Source: an uncultured Pseudomonadota bacterium (lineage in GTDB: Bacteria; Pseudomonadota; Alphaproteobacteria; Rs-D84). From it: a DNA stretch of 64,000 bases. Shown in pieces: positions 16,501 through 25,989 of the stretch (within the stretch, counting starts at the first letter, position 1; each line of letters begins with the position of its first letter). The translations under genes and the position numbers were made by a program. The notes beneath the pieces are model-generated. The model was not told where the DNA came from, did not search any database, and saw nothing but the letters and a program-made list of their open reading frames with translations. The stretch covers positions 72,409 to 136,408 of the forward strand of contig CADCKW010000001.1 in assembly GCA_902802115.1 (NCBI GenBank), written 5' to 3'.

Positions 16501-19128
16501 TTTGATAAACATCTTGCGAATCAAATCCAACGGTATAACCAAACAAGCCAATTCAAATATCAATCGCCATTGTGCATATGTCAAAGGTACAACACTAAAC
16601 ACACCACCACCATATTCAACAATTGCAACCGTCCCCAAAACAATTATTGCACCAATAAATAAAAACATTGGATTTTTATGTAAATCACGCAACAAGTGCA
16701 TATCATCAACACGCACATTAAATCCATTAAATGCCGCCATCAACATAATCAACGCAAATCGCGCAGTTAAATTTACCAATTCGTTATCACCAAATACATT
16801 TTCCACAGACGGTACAAACAGCAACGCAAAAATAATTCCAAATTCAATACAACTGGCAAAAATTCGCAATGATGTTTTCCATGAAAACAATGACGTGCCC
16901 TTTTTTGATGGTGGCACCATCATATATTCTGGTTTGGCGGGTTCAGCACCAAATGCCAAAGAATTCAAACTGTCCATAACAATATTTATCACCAAAATTT
17001 GAACTGCGACAAATGCCGGGAAACCAAAAACAATTGGATAAAACAAACTCAAAATCACCAACATTAAATTTATCGGCATTTGAAACATTAAAAATTTAGT
17101 CACATTATTCAAGAAAGTTCGACCAAACAACACCGCGTCTGTAATAGATACAAAATTATCATCTGTAATTATGATATCGCCCGCCTCTTTACAAACATCT
17201 GTCCCTGAACCCATTGCAAAGCCGACATCTGCACGTTTTAATGCGGGTGCATCATTTGTTCCATCGCCACACATACCGATACACAAATTCATTTCTTGGG
17301 CAATTTTAACCAATCTCAATTTTGTTCGTGGCACAGCGCGTGCAACAACTTTGATTTTATACAGATTCTTTTTTATTTCCGCATCTGTCATCAAATCTAA
17401 TTCATGTGCAGTTAAAACCATATCATCAGGATTAACGACAATCCCTGTATCCACACCAATCGCACGCGCCGTATCCAAAATATCACCTGTCATCATAATA
17501 ACATGAATTCCAGCCCTGTGCATACGCGCCACAGCACTGGGGACTTCGCGACGAACATCATCACGAATACTGACCAAGGATATCAAAGTTAAATTATCCG
17601 GCAATTTTTTATTCAATGTTTTATTTGGACAATATGCCAATGCCAAAACACGTTTTGCCTGGCGTGCATTATCACGTATAATTTCTATCATTTTATTTTT
17701 ATTTATCTTGTGTGCAACACCATTAACATCGATATATTTTGTCACATGTTCTAAAATAATTTCTGGCGCACCTGTGTATAAAGTAAATTGTTTTGAATCC
17801 ACGCGTCGCATAATACGCACCGCCGAAAATTTATTAGCACTGTCGAACGGAATTTTATCCAAAGGTTTAATATCACGAAAAACCGCATGCACCAAATGTG
17901 ATTTTGGATTTAATGCAGATAACAAAGCACGTTGAGTGCTGGTTCCACCAGAAATTTTACCATTATCATCATATGTTGCACCCGTATTAAATAAAATATC
18001 TGCGGCAATAAATCGTGCCACTAGCAAATCAGTATCAAAACCAACCTGACTGCCATCGCCCAGATAATTAGTAATAGGAATTAAATTTCCATATGTCAAA
18101 GTTCCTGTTTTATCAGTGCATAAAATTTGAATATTCCCAGCTTCTGGAATTTTATGCGTATTTTTTGCCAACACATTATGCCGTATCATATTACGCGCAT
18201 TTTGTGCGATAATCATAGTGATAATAAACGGCAATCCTTCGGGAACAGCCGCCACAACAATTGTTAATGCAACAACCAATGCCATTAAAATTTGATGCAA
18301 TACAACCAATAGTCCCTGGGACAAAAACATATTTATACCGCCCGCATGCACCACAGAATCAGCCAACAACACAATTGCAACAATCCCGCCACCGATATAA
18401 CCAAACCAACCTATTTTTTGTGCCAATTTATCTAATTTAATATCCAAATCTGTTTTTACTTCATCTATATCACGCATAGCCAATAAAGTTTGTGCATTTT
18501 CCGTATTAACACCAACACGCGTGACCCGCATATAACATTCACCACTTTGCACAGTTGTACCACTGAACAACAAATTTTGACTGACATAATCTTCGGCGGT
18601 AATTTGTGCCGCACCATTATAACGAAAATTTTTTATTGGCGATTTTGGACATTCTTCACTTTCACCATTTAATACCGAATTATTCACATTTATTTCACCA
18701 TCAATAATATAACCATCGGCCGGCACAGTTTCCCCTGATTGCAAAAACACAATATCACCAACAACAATATCAACTGTATTTATTGTTTTCTTTCTGGAAT
18801 CACGCAATACAATTGCGTGTCGCATTGCCGTTTTATTTTTTAAATCGATTGAATATTTTTGCGCCCGCAACTTTGTAATTGTGCCAATAACCCCAACACA
18901 AACCAAAACCACCCCAACACCAATTGGTTCCGCATAGCCACCAACACCAACCATTGCCAAGACCAAAAACAACCCCAGCATAAACAATAAAATCACATTG
19001 ATTTTATCATCAAACATTTCCAACAAAAAACGCCATGCCGTCTTGGGTTTTACCCCAGGCACGACATTTTCACCATATTTATTTCTGTTTTGCGCAACCT
19101 GTGCCGATGTCAAACCAACGATTTTCAT
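16498..19128 (-). CDS. Cation-transporting P-type ATPase (P2-type, Ca2+/Mg2+-like)
   Basis: About 876 aa with motifs CTDKTGTLT, TGD and GDGTNDAPAL, and 10 predicted TM segments. The start is probably the ATG at 19128 (MKIVGLTSAQ…), preceded by a GGGGGGA RBS. The ORF track extends it to 19140. Confidence 0.85.
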   Translation of the reverse strand: MKIVGLTSAQVAQNRNKYGENVVPGVKPKTAWRFLLEMFDDKINVILLFMLGLFLVLAMVGVGGYAEPIGVGVVLVCVGVIGTITKLRAQKYSIDLKNKTAMRHAIVLRDSRKKTINTVDIVVGDIVFLQSGETVPADGYIIDGEINVNNSVLNGESEECPKSPIKNFRYNGAAQITAEDYVSQNLLFSGTTVQSGECYMRVTRVGVNTENAQTLLAMRDIDEVKTDLDIKLDKLAQKIGWFGYIGGGIVAIVLLADSVVHAGGINMFLSQGLLVVLHQILMALVVALTIVVAAVPEGLPFIITMIIAQNARNMIRHNVLAKNTHKIPEAGNIQILCTDKTGTLTYGNLIPITNYLGDGSQVGFDTDLLVARFIAADILFNTGATYDDNGKISGGTSTQRALLSALNPKSHLVHAVFRDIKPLDKIPFDSANKFSAVRIMRRVDSKQFTLYTGAPEIILEHVTKYIDVNGVAHKINKNKMIEIIRDNARQAKRVLALAYCPNKTLNKKLPDNLTLISLVSIRDDVRREVPSAVARMHRAGIHVIMMTGDILDTARAIGVDTGIVVNPDDMVLTAHELDLMTDAEIKKNLYKIKVVARAVPRTKLRLVKIAQEMNLCIGMCGDGTNDAPALKRADVGFAMGSGTDVCKEAGDIIITDDNFVSITDAVLFGRTFLNNVTKFLMFQMPINLMLVILSLFYPIVFGFPAFVAVQILVINIVMDSLNSLAFGAEPAKPEYMMVPPSKKGTSLFSWKTSLRIFASCIEFGIIFALLFVPSVENVFGDNELVNLTARFALIMLMAAFNGFNVRVDDMHLLRDLHKNPMFLFIGAIIVLGTVAIVEYGGGVFSVVPLTYAQWRLIFELACLVIPLDLIRKMFIK

Positions 19129-19190
19129 ATATCCCCCCATGCAAAAATTAACAAATACATTGTATCACAAAAGCAAGAGTCAATAAACAC

Positions 19191-19227
19191 AAAAAAGGCC
19201 GTGACAAATAACGCCACCGGCCTTTTT
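19191..19227. terminator. Putative bidirectional terminator
   Basis: The stem aaaaaaGGCCG…(16-nt loop)…CGGCCttttt sits downstream of the OmpA-like gene. Confidence 0.45.
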
Positions 19228-19253
19228 ATCCTTAATAAAACTAACCTTGTTCT

Positions 19254-19391
19254 TTATAAACCGTTGTCAGAGCCTGTTAAATCGATTCCACGGTCTTTGA
19301 ACATTTCAACCAAATTGATAGGCTCCAAATTTTGTTGTTTTACCATCATCGTAGCCTTTGCCAAATTCAGTTTCTTTTTTACGTCTGTCAT
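19254..19391 (-). CDS. Small hypothetical protein (45 aa)
   Basis: It encodes MTDVKKKLNLAKATMMVKQQNLEPINLVEMFKDRGIDLTGSDNGL. An AAGAGG RBS is 7 nt upstream. It is below the ORF-track size cutoff. Confidence 0.3.
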   Translation of the reverse strand: MTDVKKKLNLAKATMMVKQQNLEPINLVEMFKDRGIDLTGSDNGL

Positions 19392-19480
19392 CTTTTTGCC
19401 TCTTAAAAAATCTCTCTGGCAACCGTTAATTTACACTAATAAATTCTTTTTGTCAAGTATTTATTAGTTTTTTATTACGA

Positions 19481-20986
19481 TTACATTCCGCAATCCAGAC
19501 ATTCTTCCCCTATTTCCTGGATTTCTGCGTCACCATCGGTCACAACAGCGATTGGGACAACCTTGCCTGGTTCGGTGTAATGCGTTTCTTTGACAACGCG
19601 CACACGACGATTTTGGGCATTTGGCACACCATCAGCCGTTGGAACTTTCAAATCTTCTTCACCTGCGGAAACCGCGACAATTTGACTTGCAGGGATTCCG
19701 TATTGAATCAGCATTTTCTGGACAGCCTCGGCTCTGCGACCACCCAATGCATAATTATAACTGTTGCTGCCAGATGTATCCGTATGACCAACCACAGAAA
19801 CCTTTATATTTTTATTTGTCTGGGTTGCGGTCGCCAATTCACGAATCAACGCATCATATTCAGGTTTGATAATGGCTTTGTTAAAGTCAAAATGAACTTC
19901 GAATATCTCTTCCATTACATGTTGTGTTGGTTCCAATGGAATCTGTTGGACTTTAATAACAGCCTTTTCATCGTTTGGTTTCAATGCGTCCAAACGGTCA
20001 TTGATGGCCTTGATTTCTGCACGCATAGCCATCATCATATTGATAAACTCGTCACGGGTGACAACTTCTTCGCCTAATGTTGGATCTTGGTTACATGGGC
20101 ATGTTTCCACCGCCGGTTCATTATCTGGAACATTTATTACAACAGGACGACCTGTATTGCAGTCACATTTTGACCCATTACTTGAATTCACCGCGACAGT
20201 ATTACCACTGTTGGAAACATGTTTATCGCCACCATAGATATTTTGGTTAAACACCATCGGCGCACCATTACCCACAGGCACAGTTTGCACCAAATTTGCC
20301 GGAACATTAACATTATTTACAATCACGATACCGTCACGTGGATACGATGCCCCACCCACAGTTTTCAAAGAACGTGTATCTGGATAAAATTCTTTCTTAT
20401 TAATTTCGATTGTTGCAGGTTTTTCCGCCGCGCGTTTTGCAACCTTGCAACCACCACTTTTACAATTACGCAACACGTCCATTGCCGCGATAAAACGGTC
20501 ATGACATTGATGCGCAGTTTCCTCCTGGGCGGTTGATTCCGCAGACAACCAACAATCAAATTTCGCCTGTGCCTCGGCTGCAACATCTGGACGATTTTCT
20601 GTGGCATCATTTTTGAATTCTTCAATCATGTCATTATATGCCATTTGCAACATTTCAGCAGTTGCCTCGTCATCGATTGGCCAATTTCCCACAGTTTCCG
20701 GGAACGGTGTTTCCCCTGAAAAAGCCGTCACAGCCTTTTGCGCAAACAATTCACCCATTTCCGGATAACCCGATGTCCGCGCATTATAAATTGCATAAGA
20801 CCGATAATTCATCGCCAACTGATTCAAAAAAGAATCCTGATGTGGTGCCGAATAAACATCTAAACCTTCGACATAATCAACTGTTGGGGTTGATACATCT
20901 TCATAACGATTATCGGTTCCTGCGCATGCCGTCAAAGCCGACACCAAAGCCAAACCAAAAACACGTGAAAATATTTTGTTTGCCAT
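19481..20986 (-). CDS. OmpA-family lipoprotein (peptidoglycan-associated)
   Basis: 501 aa with a lipobox (LTAC). The C-terminal OmpA-like domain is …VVGHTDTSGSNSYNYALGGRRAEAV…NRRVRVV. There are Cys-rich segments in the middle. Confidence 0.75.
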   Translation of the reverse strand: MANKIFSRVFGLALVSALTACAGTDNRYEDVSTPTVDYVEGLDVYSAPHQDSFLNQLAMNYRSYAIYNARTSGYPEMGELFAQKAVTAFSGETPFPETVGNWPIDDEATAEMLQMAYNDMIEEFKNDATENRPDVAAEAQAKFDCWLSAESTAQEETAHQCHDRFIAAMDVLRNCKSGGCKVAKRAAEKPATIEINKKEFYPDTRSLKTVGGASYPRDGIVIVNNVNVPANLVQTVPVGNGAPMVFNQNIYGGDKHVSNSGNTVAVNSSNGSKCDCNTGRPVVINVPDNEPAVETCPCNQDPTLGEEVVTRDEFINMMMAMRAEIKAINDRLDALKPNDEKAVIKVQQIPLEPTQHVMEEIFEVHFDFNKAIIKPEYDALIRELATATQTNKNIKVSVVGHTDTSGSNSYNYALGGRRAEAVQKMLIQYGIPASQIVAVSAGEEDLKVPTADGVPNAQNRRVRVVKETHYTEPGKVVPIAVVTDGDAEIQEIGEECLDCGM

Positions 20987-21082
20987 AATTCCTTCCTTTG
21001 TATTTAATCCCTTGTATTATACTATTTTTTTGTCAGTCAGTAAAGCAGAAAAAAACAACGAAAATAATTAGCAATTACTATA

Positions 21083-21330
21083 TACAAAACGTACATAAAC
21101 GAGCCACCAACAGTTCGTTCATCGGGTGATTTTTAGATAAATAATGGTGCAGATGCGCAGTTGATGGCGAGTGCCGTGTACAAAACGTACATAAACGAGC
21201 CATCAACAGTTCGTTCAACGAAAGATTTTTAGATAAATAATGGTGCAGATGCGAAGATAAAAACGAGCGTAATGTACAAGTGCTACATGAGCGAGTTTTT
21301 ATCAAGCAGATGTGCCATTATTTATCTAAA
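21083..21330. repeat. Array of structured hairpin repeats (family R, 1 truncated + 2 full units)
   Basis: The units are ggtgcagatgcgcag-STEM-gagtg.cgtgtacaa.gctacataaacgag-STEM'-…. The stem sequences differ between units but stay complementary (ttgatggc/gccatcaa; gataaaaac/gtttttatc). The outer arm tttttagataaataatgg/ccattatttatctaaaaa overlaps the stop of gene 21318..22142. Confidence 0.7.
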
Positions 21331-22142
21331 AATTGGGTGACTGTGGGTGCAAGTGACCCTATCCCAGATAACCCACCACCACTGGTGAGCCCCCCAACCG
21401 CCTGCATAATACTGCCGGTGTTGGTTTTTTGACCCGCATTGGAAATGGTTGTGGTTAAAAATGAAGCATATGCCTCGCGATTGCGTTTAGTAATATTTTC
21501 AGGCGAACACTTTTCCATTTTTTCCATCATTTTACCATACATGGTTGCCTCGTCATTGGTATAATCCACAACGGTAAAATCAATTGCACCAAAAACTTTA
21601 TATATATTTGATTTATATTTTTGTTTGGACGACGCACATGTTGGCATGCCATCGGCACAATAATATCCATACGAAGCCTTTGGATAACCTTCCCAAATCA
21701 TACCCTTATCAGTCTCACCAGACTGACCAAAAAATTCAGTACAAGGTTCAATAGAATTTGTTGTCGCAACCACCTTTAAATCATCAGCATAGGTATTATT
21801 ACCATCACACCTTTGTCCAGACGTCACAGTTTTAAACATACTATCTGCGGTCACCGCACCGGCCTTGGCATATTCTTTGACCATATTATTAACCCAGTTA
21901 ATTTCTGTGGCCGTCGGCACACACTCTGCCGCCAATTCTTTTTGTTGCTTGGTCAAAGCCGACACATTGGACACCAATCCAATAACGCCTGGCAACAATG
22001 ACCCCGATGTTATACTTTCCAAACCCGATGTTTCTTGTTTTTTAACATTTGATGCTTTTTTGACCTGAAAATCAGCCGCATTGGCAACAACACCACACAT
22101 GCAGACAATCAATCCCATTAAAAAAGAAATTTTTTTTCTCAT
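21318..22142 (-). CDS. Secreted hypothetical protein
   Basis: 274 aa with a signal peptide (…VVANA|ADF). It contains several Cys residues. Its last codons and stop lie within the repeat arm. Confidence 0.5.
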   Translation of the reverse strand: MRKKISFLMGLIVCMCGVVANAADFQVKKASNVKKQETSGLESITSGSLLPGVIGLVSNVSALTKQQKELAAECVPTATEINWVNNMVKEYAKAGAVTADSMFKTVTSGQRCDGNNTYADDLKVVATTNSIEPCTEFFGQSGETDKGMIWEGYPKASYGYYCADGMPTCASSKQKYKSNIYKVFGAIDFTVVDYTNDEATMYGKMMEKMEKCSPENITKRNREAYASFLTTTISNAGQKTNTGSIMQAVGGLTSGGGLSGIGSLAPTVTQFLDK

Positions 22143-22229
22143 CTCCGTATGCGAACATTATATCATAAAAAAATTCATGAATAAATATAAAAATTGCTTT
22201 TTTAATTATGTTATGCAACCATTTACCCG

Positions 22230-22709
22230 ATGACACAAGATAACAGAACATTTATCATTTTCAAAAAACACCGGCGTTTTACCCGTCTGTGGCAGTTTTT
22301 ATTCACAGGTTGGGGATTGGTTATGGTCGCCGCACTGGCCGCCGGCGCGGTATTTACAAAGCAGTTAATTTGGACACCGATATCTGCAATAAGCATGGTC
22401 GATATTGCCAGCAACCAATTTAAAATGACAAATGCAAATTTTGCAGGCATTGACCACCAAGGCCAACCTTTTTCAATTCATGCAAAAATTGGTCGCCAAG
22501 AATATTCACGTCCTGATATAATATTTATGGAATCTGTAAATGGAACAACCGTCCGTATTGTTGATGGCAAACACATAACCGATAAAATTCGTGCAAACTC
22601 GGCAGAATTCAATCAATCGAATCGTGATTTGCGATTAATTGGAAACGTCCATATTGATTCCAGCAACGGCGACAAAGCCCAAACACAAGAAATGGTGATA
22701 AAATTATGA
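22230..22709 (+). CDS. LptC-like LPS export protein (membrane-anchored)
   Basis: 159 aa with a single N-terminal TM segment (LWQFLFTGWGLVMVAALAAGAV). It overlaps the start of lptB. Confidence 0.5.
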   Translation: MTQDNRTFIIFKKHRRFTRLWQFLFTGWGLVMVAALAAGAVFTKQLIWTPISAISMVDIASNQFKMTNANFAGIDHQGQPFSIHAKIGRQEYSRPDIIFMESVNGTTVRIVDGKHITDKIRANSAEFNQSNRDLRLIGNVHIDSSNGDKAQTQEMVIKL

Positions 22710-23434
22710 AACAATCTGTATTACGCGTTGAACATTTATCTAAAAATTACGGCAAACGAACAGTTATTCGCGATATATCAATGATTGTTCGCCAAGGCGA
22801 ATCTGTGGGATTATTGGGGCCAAACGGTGCTGGAAAAACTACTGCGTTTTATTGCATAACAGGTCAATTAAATGCAACATCTGGTCAAATATTTTTAAAT
22901 TCCCAAGATATAACACACCTGCCATTTTATCAAAGGGCGCGTTTGCATATTGGATATCTGCCCCAAGAAAACAGTGTATTTCGCGGATTAACCGTCGAAC
23001 AAAACATTATGGCAATATTAGAAGTTGTCGAACCATCACGCAAAAAACGTATTGAAAAATTAGAATCATTATTAAATGAATTTTCGATTTCTCATTTACG
23101 CACCAGTCCTGCAACTGCATTATCTGGTGGCGAACGTCGTCGTGTTGAAATTGCACGCGCATTGGCAAACGACCCAAAATTTATATTATTGGACGAACCA
23201 TTTGCCGGCATTGACCCAATCGCCGTAAATGAAATTCGTGATTTGGTATCACAATTAAAAGACAGAGGCTTGGGTGTAATTATCACCGACCACAATGTTC
23301 GCGAAACATTGGGCATCACCGACCGCAGTTATGTTTTACACGATGGAAAAATTTTAAAACATGGCACCGCCCGCGAAATCACCGCCGACGAACAGGTAAA
23401 AAAAGTATATCTGGGCGAAAATTTCAGCATGTAA
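22706..23434 (+). CDS. lptB: LPS export ABC transporter ATP-binding protein LptB
   Basis: 242 aa with Walker A GPNGAGKTT, the signature LSGGERRR and Walker B LLDEPFAG. It has the LptB-type C-terminus. Confidence 0.8.
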   Translation: MKQSVLRVEHLSKNYGKRTVIRDISMIVRQGESVGLLGPNGAGKTTAFYCITGQLNATSGQIFLNSQDITHLPFYQRARLHIGYLPQENSVFRGLTVEQNIMAILEVVEPSRKKRIEKLESLLNEFSISHLRTSPATALSGGERRRVEIARALANDPKFILLDEPFAGIDPIAVNEIRDLVSQLKDRGLGVIITDHNVRETLGITDRSYVLHDGKILKHGTAREITADEQVKKVYLGENFSM

Positions 23435-23462
23435 AAAAACCCCGAAAATTCGGGATTTTTTT
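23434..23462. terminator. Bidirectional rho-independent terminator
   Basis: The hairpin aaaaaaaccccgaaaattcgggattttttt sits between lptB and the convergent gene. Confidence 0.7.
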
Positions 23463-24228
23463 ACATCAAATCTTTATAGGCAAATAATGGAATATCATAT
23501 AAATCACCATAATCTGCATATATTTTCTCTGACACTTTTAAAACATTATCTATATTACCGGTATAAAAATTCGTATCTGTTATTTTTTTGAATGCTTCTT
23601 TTACTCTGGAATCCGCAACACAACAATATTTTCCTGGGATATTATCAAACACTTTTTGACAGCGCAATTCACGCAAAATCAAAGGAATTTTTATTAACAT
23701 TGCCTTGTTGCCATAACCCAATCCTTGTATAGAATTCATATATACGGCAAATTGCCTCCAATCCCGTTCTGTATGATTTTCATTTAGTTTTTTATAAATA
23801 TCATTCCAATTTTTCAACAACACTTTTAAACTATCTATAACATCATTGCGAACCGAAAACTTTTTACGCAATTCATTAACCAATCTTCCTTCAAATTGGT
23901 TTATATCAAAATTCTCTCTAATGCGCGCCACAACATTAACAATACTATCATCTATTTTATTGTTTCCAACCAAAGCACCAATTAAAAAAGCGGCATTTTC
24001 AAATGGACCGGGTCTTGACCACACAGACGCCATAAAAAACAACAAAAACAAATCGTATTCTTTATGTAAATTTAATTTGATATTCTCTGTATCCCCTTTT
24101 CTTCTAAAACCAAAATCAGCAACCCAGCCACGATACTTATTTTCATTATCTATATTTATATATGCCAACCCATTTGGATTATCGCTTTTTCTAGCTATTG
24201 TTTTTTGAATCAATTCTTGTTTTGTCAT
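23461..24228 (-). CDS. Hypothetical protein next to tRNA-Lys
   Basis: 255-aa ORF with no family I recognise. It lies immediately downstream of tRNA-Lys on the same strand. Confidence 0.5.
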   Translation of the reverse strand: MTKQELIQKTIARKSDNPNGLAYINIDNENKYRGWVADFGFRRKGDTENIKLNLHKEYDLFLLFFMASVWSRPGPFENAAFLIGALVGNNKIDDSIVNVVARIRENFDINQFEGRLVNELRKKFSVRNDVIDSLKVLLKNWNDIYKKLNENHTERDWRQFAVYMNSIQGLGYGNKAMLIKIPLILRELRCQKVFDNIPGKYCCVADSRVKEAFKKITDTNFYTGNIDNVLKVSEKIYADYGDLYDIPLFAYKDLM

Positions 24229-24281
24229 TATTATTATCCCTAACTAAAAAAACAAACGACCCTGTGGGCCGTTAATTTTTT

Positions 24282-24357
24282 TGGTGGACGCACAGGGACT
24301 CGAACCCTGGACCCACTGATTAAGAGTCAGTTGCTCTACCAACTGAGCTATGCATCC
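24282..24357 (-). tRNA. tRNA-Lys (CTT)
   Basis: The reverse complement is GGATGCA-TA-GCTC-AGTTGGTA-GAGC-A-ACTGA-CTCTTAA-TCAGT-GGGTC-CAGGG-TTCGAGT-CCCTG-TGCGTCC-ACCA. The anticodon is CTT. Confidence 0.85.
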
Positions 24358-24413
24358 AAAACTTAAAACAGATGAAATTATATTATAAAATATCACAAAA
24401 TCAAGTTTTTACT

Positions 24414-25952
24414 TTATTTTTTTAAATAATTCACTGGATTATATGCGCGTGTTCCCTTACGAATTTCAAAATGCAACTGTGGTCTATCAACCTTGCCTGA
24501 CTGACCAACCGTCCCAATTTTTTGCCCAACAACAACGGTTGCACCACGACGCACACTCATTGTATCCATATGTGCATAGACCGTCATAAAACCATCACTA
24601 TGTTGAATAATAATTAAATTTCCCATACCTTTGACTTCATTTCCAGCATACGCAACAAAACCATTTTCCGCCGCCATAACTTTTGCGCCCTTGGTTCCTG
24701 CAATATTAATACCATCATTAACCAAACCATTTGGCTTTGAACCAAACCCAGATAAAATTTTGCCACGCAAAGGCCATGAAAATTTAGATGCCGATCGCGC
24801 TGCCAAAGTCTTGGTTGTGCGTTGTTTGGTTGTCTTTTTGGTTTCCACCCCAGATGTTGTTTTGGTTGTTGTTTTAGATGTTTGTTTTTTTGTCCCAGTT
24901 TTTGTATCTTTCACAGTCGCCTTGGTGTTTTTCGCGGTTGTTTTTGTTGAAACCTTTTCTGTTTTTGCATTTACCTTTTTTGATGTATCCACCTTTTTGG
25001 TCGCATCTACTTTTTTAACATCTGTCTTTTTAACCTCTGTCTTCTTCACAGATTCCGGCACAGTTTTTTTCACATCCGTTTTTTTATTATCAACCTTTGT
25101 GGTGGCGGGCTTTAACGATTGCGACTTTGATTGCGTATTTGCCCCAGACATCTTGGTTTCAACCTGTGGTTTAACCGCCACACGCACTGGTGCATTATAT
25201 TTCGGTACAGACAAAACATCTGGGACTTTTATTTTTTGCCCAACCGACAAAGTAAATGGCGCAGATATTTTATTCAACACCGCCAAATCATTTACCGGCA
25301 CCGAATATTTACGCGAAATAGAATACAATGTATCACCCGATGCCACCGTCACATCACGCAACGGCGCACGCATTGTTTCCGGCACTTTTTCATCATCATT
25401 TAATTTTTTAACCTGGGGCACTGATTCTGTTTTTTTATCTTCGACTTTTTTTGATTGTGGCTTTTCTGCCTCCGCCTTTGTTTCTACTTTATCATCAACA
25501 ACTGGTTTTCCCGCAACATAATCTGGGATTTTTAAATCTTGAACATCGGTATCCGGCGCATAACCATATTCATTGATTTCTGTATCTGTTGTATCAGGTT
25601 CTTCTTTGTTATCTGGTTCATCGACAGATTCTTCATCATCTGGCATACCGACATCATCGTCCGCGACATCTGTGTCTTGGGCCGGCATTGTGTAATCATC
25701 AGCCGGCGAATATAAAACATAATCTTGTTCGGTCACATCACCATTACCATATTCGGTCGCCGATGCATAAACACCATAATCCGCCACAGCCGTTTTATAA
25801 ATTTCACTGTCTGGTTCCGCCAACAATGTTGGATACCGCGTGGAAATAAAATCACCAACATCATCAGGAATAGATGCTATTTTTGGCTGTAAATCACAGC
25901 CCGCAACAACAGCGATTATACCAACGAAAAAAATCCCAAAAAACCTTTTCAT
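24414..25952 (-). CDS. nlpD: NlpD-like lipoprotein: LysM + M23 peptidase with a long low-complexity linker
   Basis: 512 aa with a lipobox (VAGC). The LysM region is DTLYSISRKYSVPVNDLAVLN. There is an acidic D/E tract and a K/T-rich repeat tract. The C-terminal M23 domain is …GINIAGTKGAKVMAAENGFVAYAG…IIIQHSDGFMTVYAHM…. Confidence 0.8.
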   Translation of the reverse strand: MKRFFGIFFVGIIAVVAGCDLQPKIASIPDDVGDFISTRYPTLLAEPDSEIYKTAVADYGVYASATEYGNGDVTEQDYVLYSPADDYTMPAQDTDVADDDVGMPDDEESVDEPDNKEEPDTTDTEINEYGYAPDTDVQDLKIPDYVAGKPVVDDKVETKAEAEKPQSKKVEDKKTESVPQVKKLNDDEKVPETMRAPLRDVTVASGDTLYSISRKYSVPVNDLAVLNKISAPFTLSVGQKIKVPDVLSVPKYNAPVRVAVKPQVETKMSGANTQSKSQSLKPATTKVDNKKTDVKKTVPESVKKTEVKKTDVKKVDATKKVDTSKKVNAKTEKVSTKTTAKNTKATVKDTKTGTKKQTSKTTTKTTSGVETKKTTKQRTTKTLAARSASKFSWPLRGKILSGFGSKPNGLVNDGINIAGTKGAKVMAAENGFVAYAGNEVKGMGNLIIIQHSDGFMTVYAHMDTMSVRRGATVVVGQKIGTVGQSGKVDRPQLHFEIRKGTRAYNPVNYLKK

Positions 25953-25989
25953 CGCTAACGATTATATCATATTTTAATCGACAAATAAA

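Noticed and set aside
16498-19140. The ORF-track start MGGYMKIV… for the P-type ATPase.
   Set aside because: The upstream ATG has no RBS. The second ATG at 19128 is preceded by GGGGGGA, and the product then begins with the canonical P-type N-terminus. The shorter gene is therefore preferred.
21078-21305. A 75-aa minus-strand ORF rich in Cys, His and Leu, with a similar 82-aa ORF at 51172..51420.
   Set aside because: Both are translations of the tandem hairpin-repeat arrays. Their internal peptide repeats simply mirror the DNA repeats, and neither has an RBS.
24631-25521. A 296-aa + strand ORF with low-complexity F/V/T-rich sequence.
   Set aside because: It is antisense to the K/T/D-rich low-complexity linker of the NlpD-like gene, a mirror-image artefact of the repetitive coding sequence.
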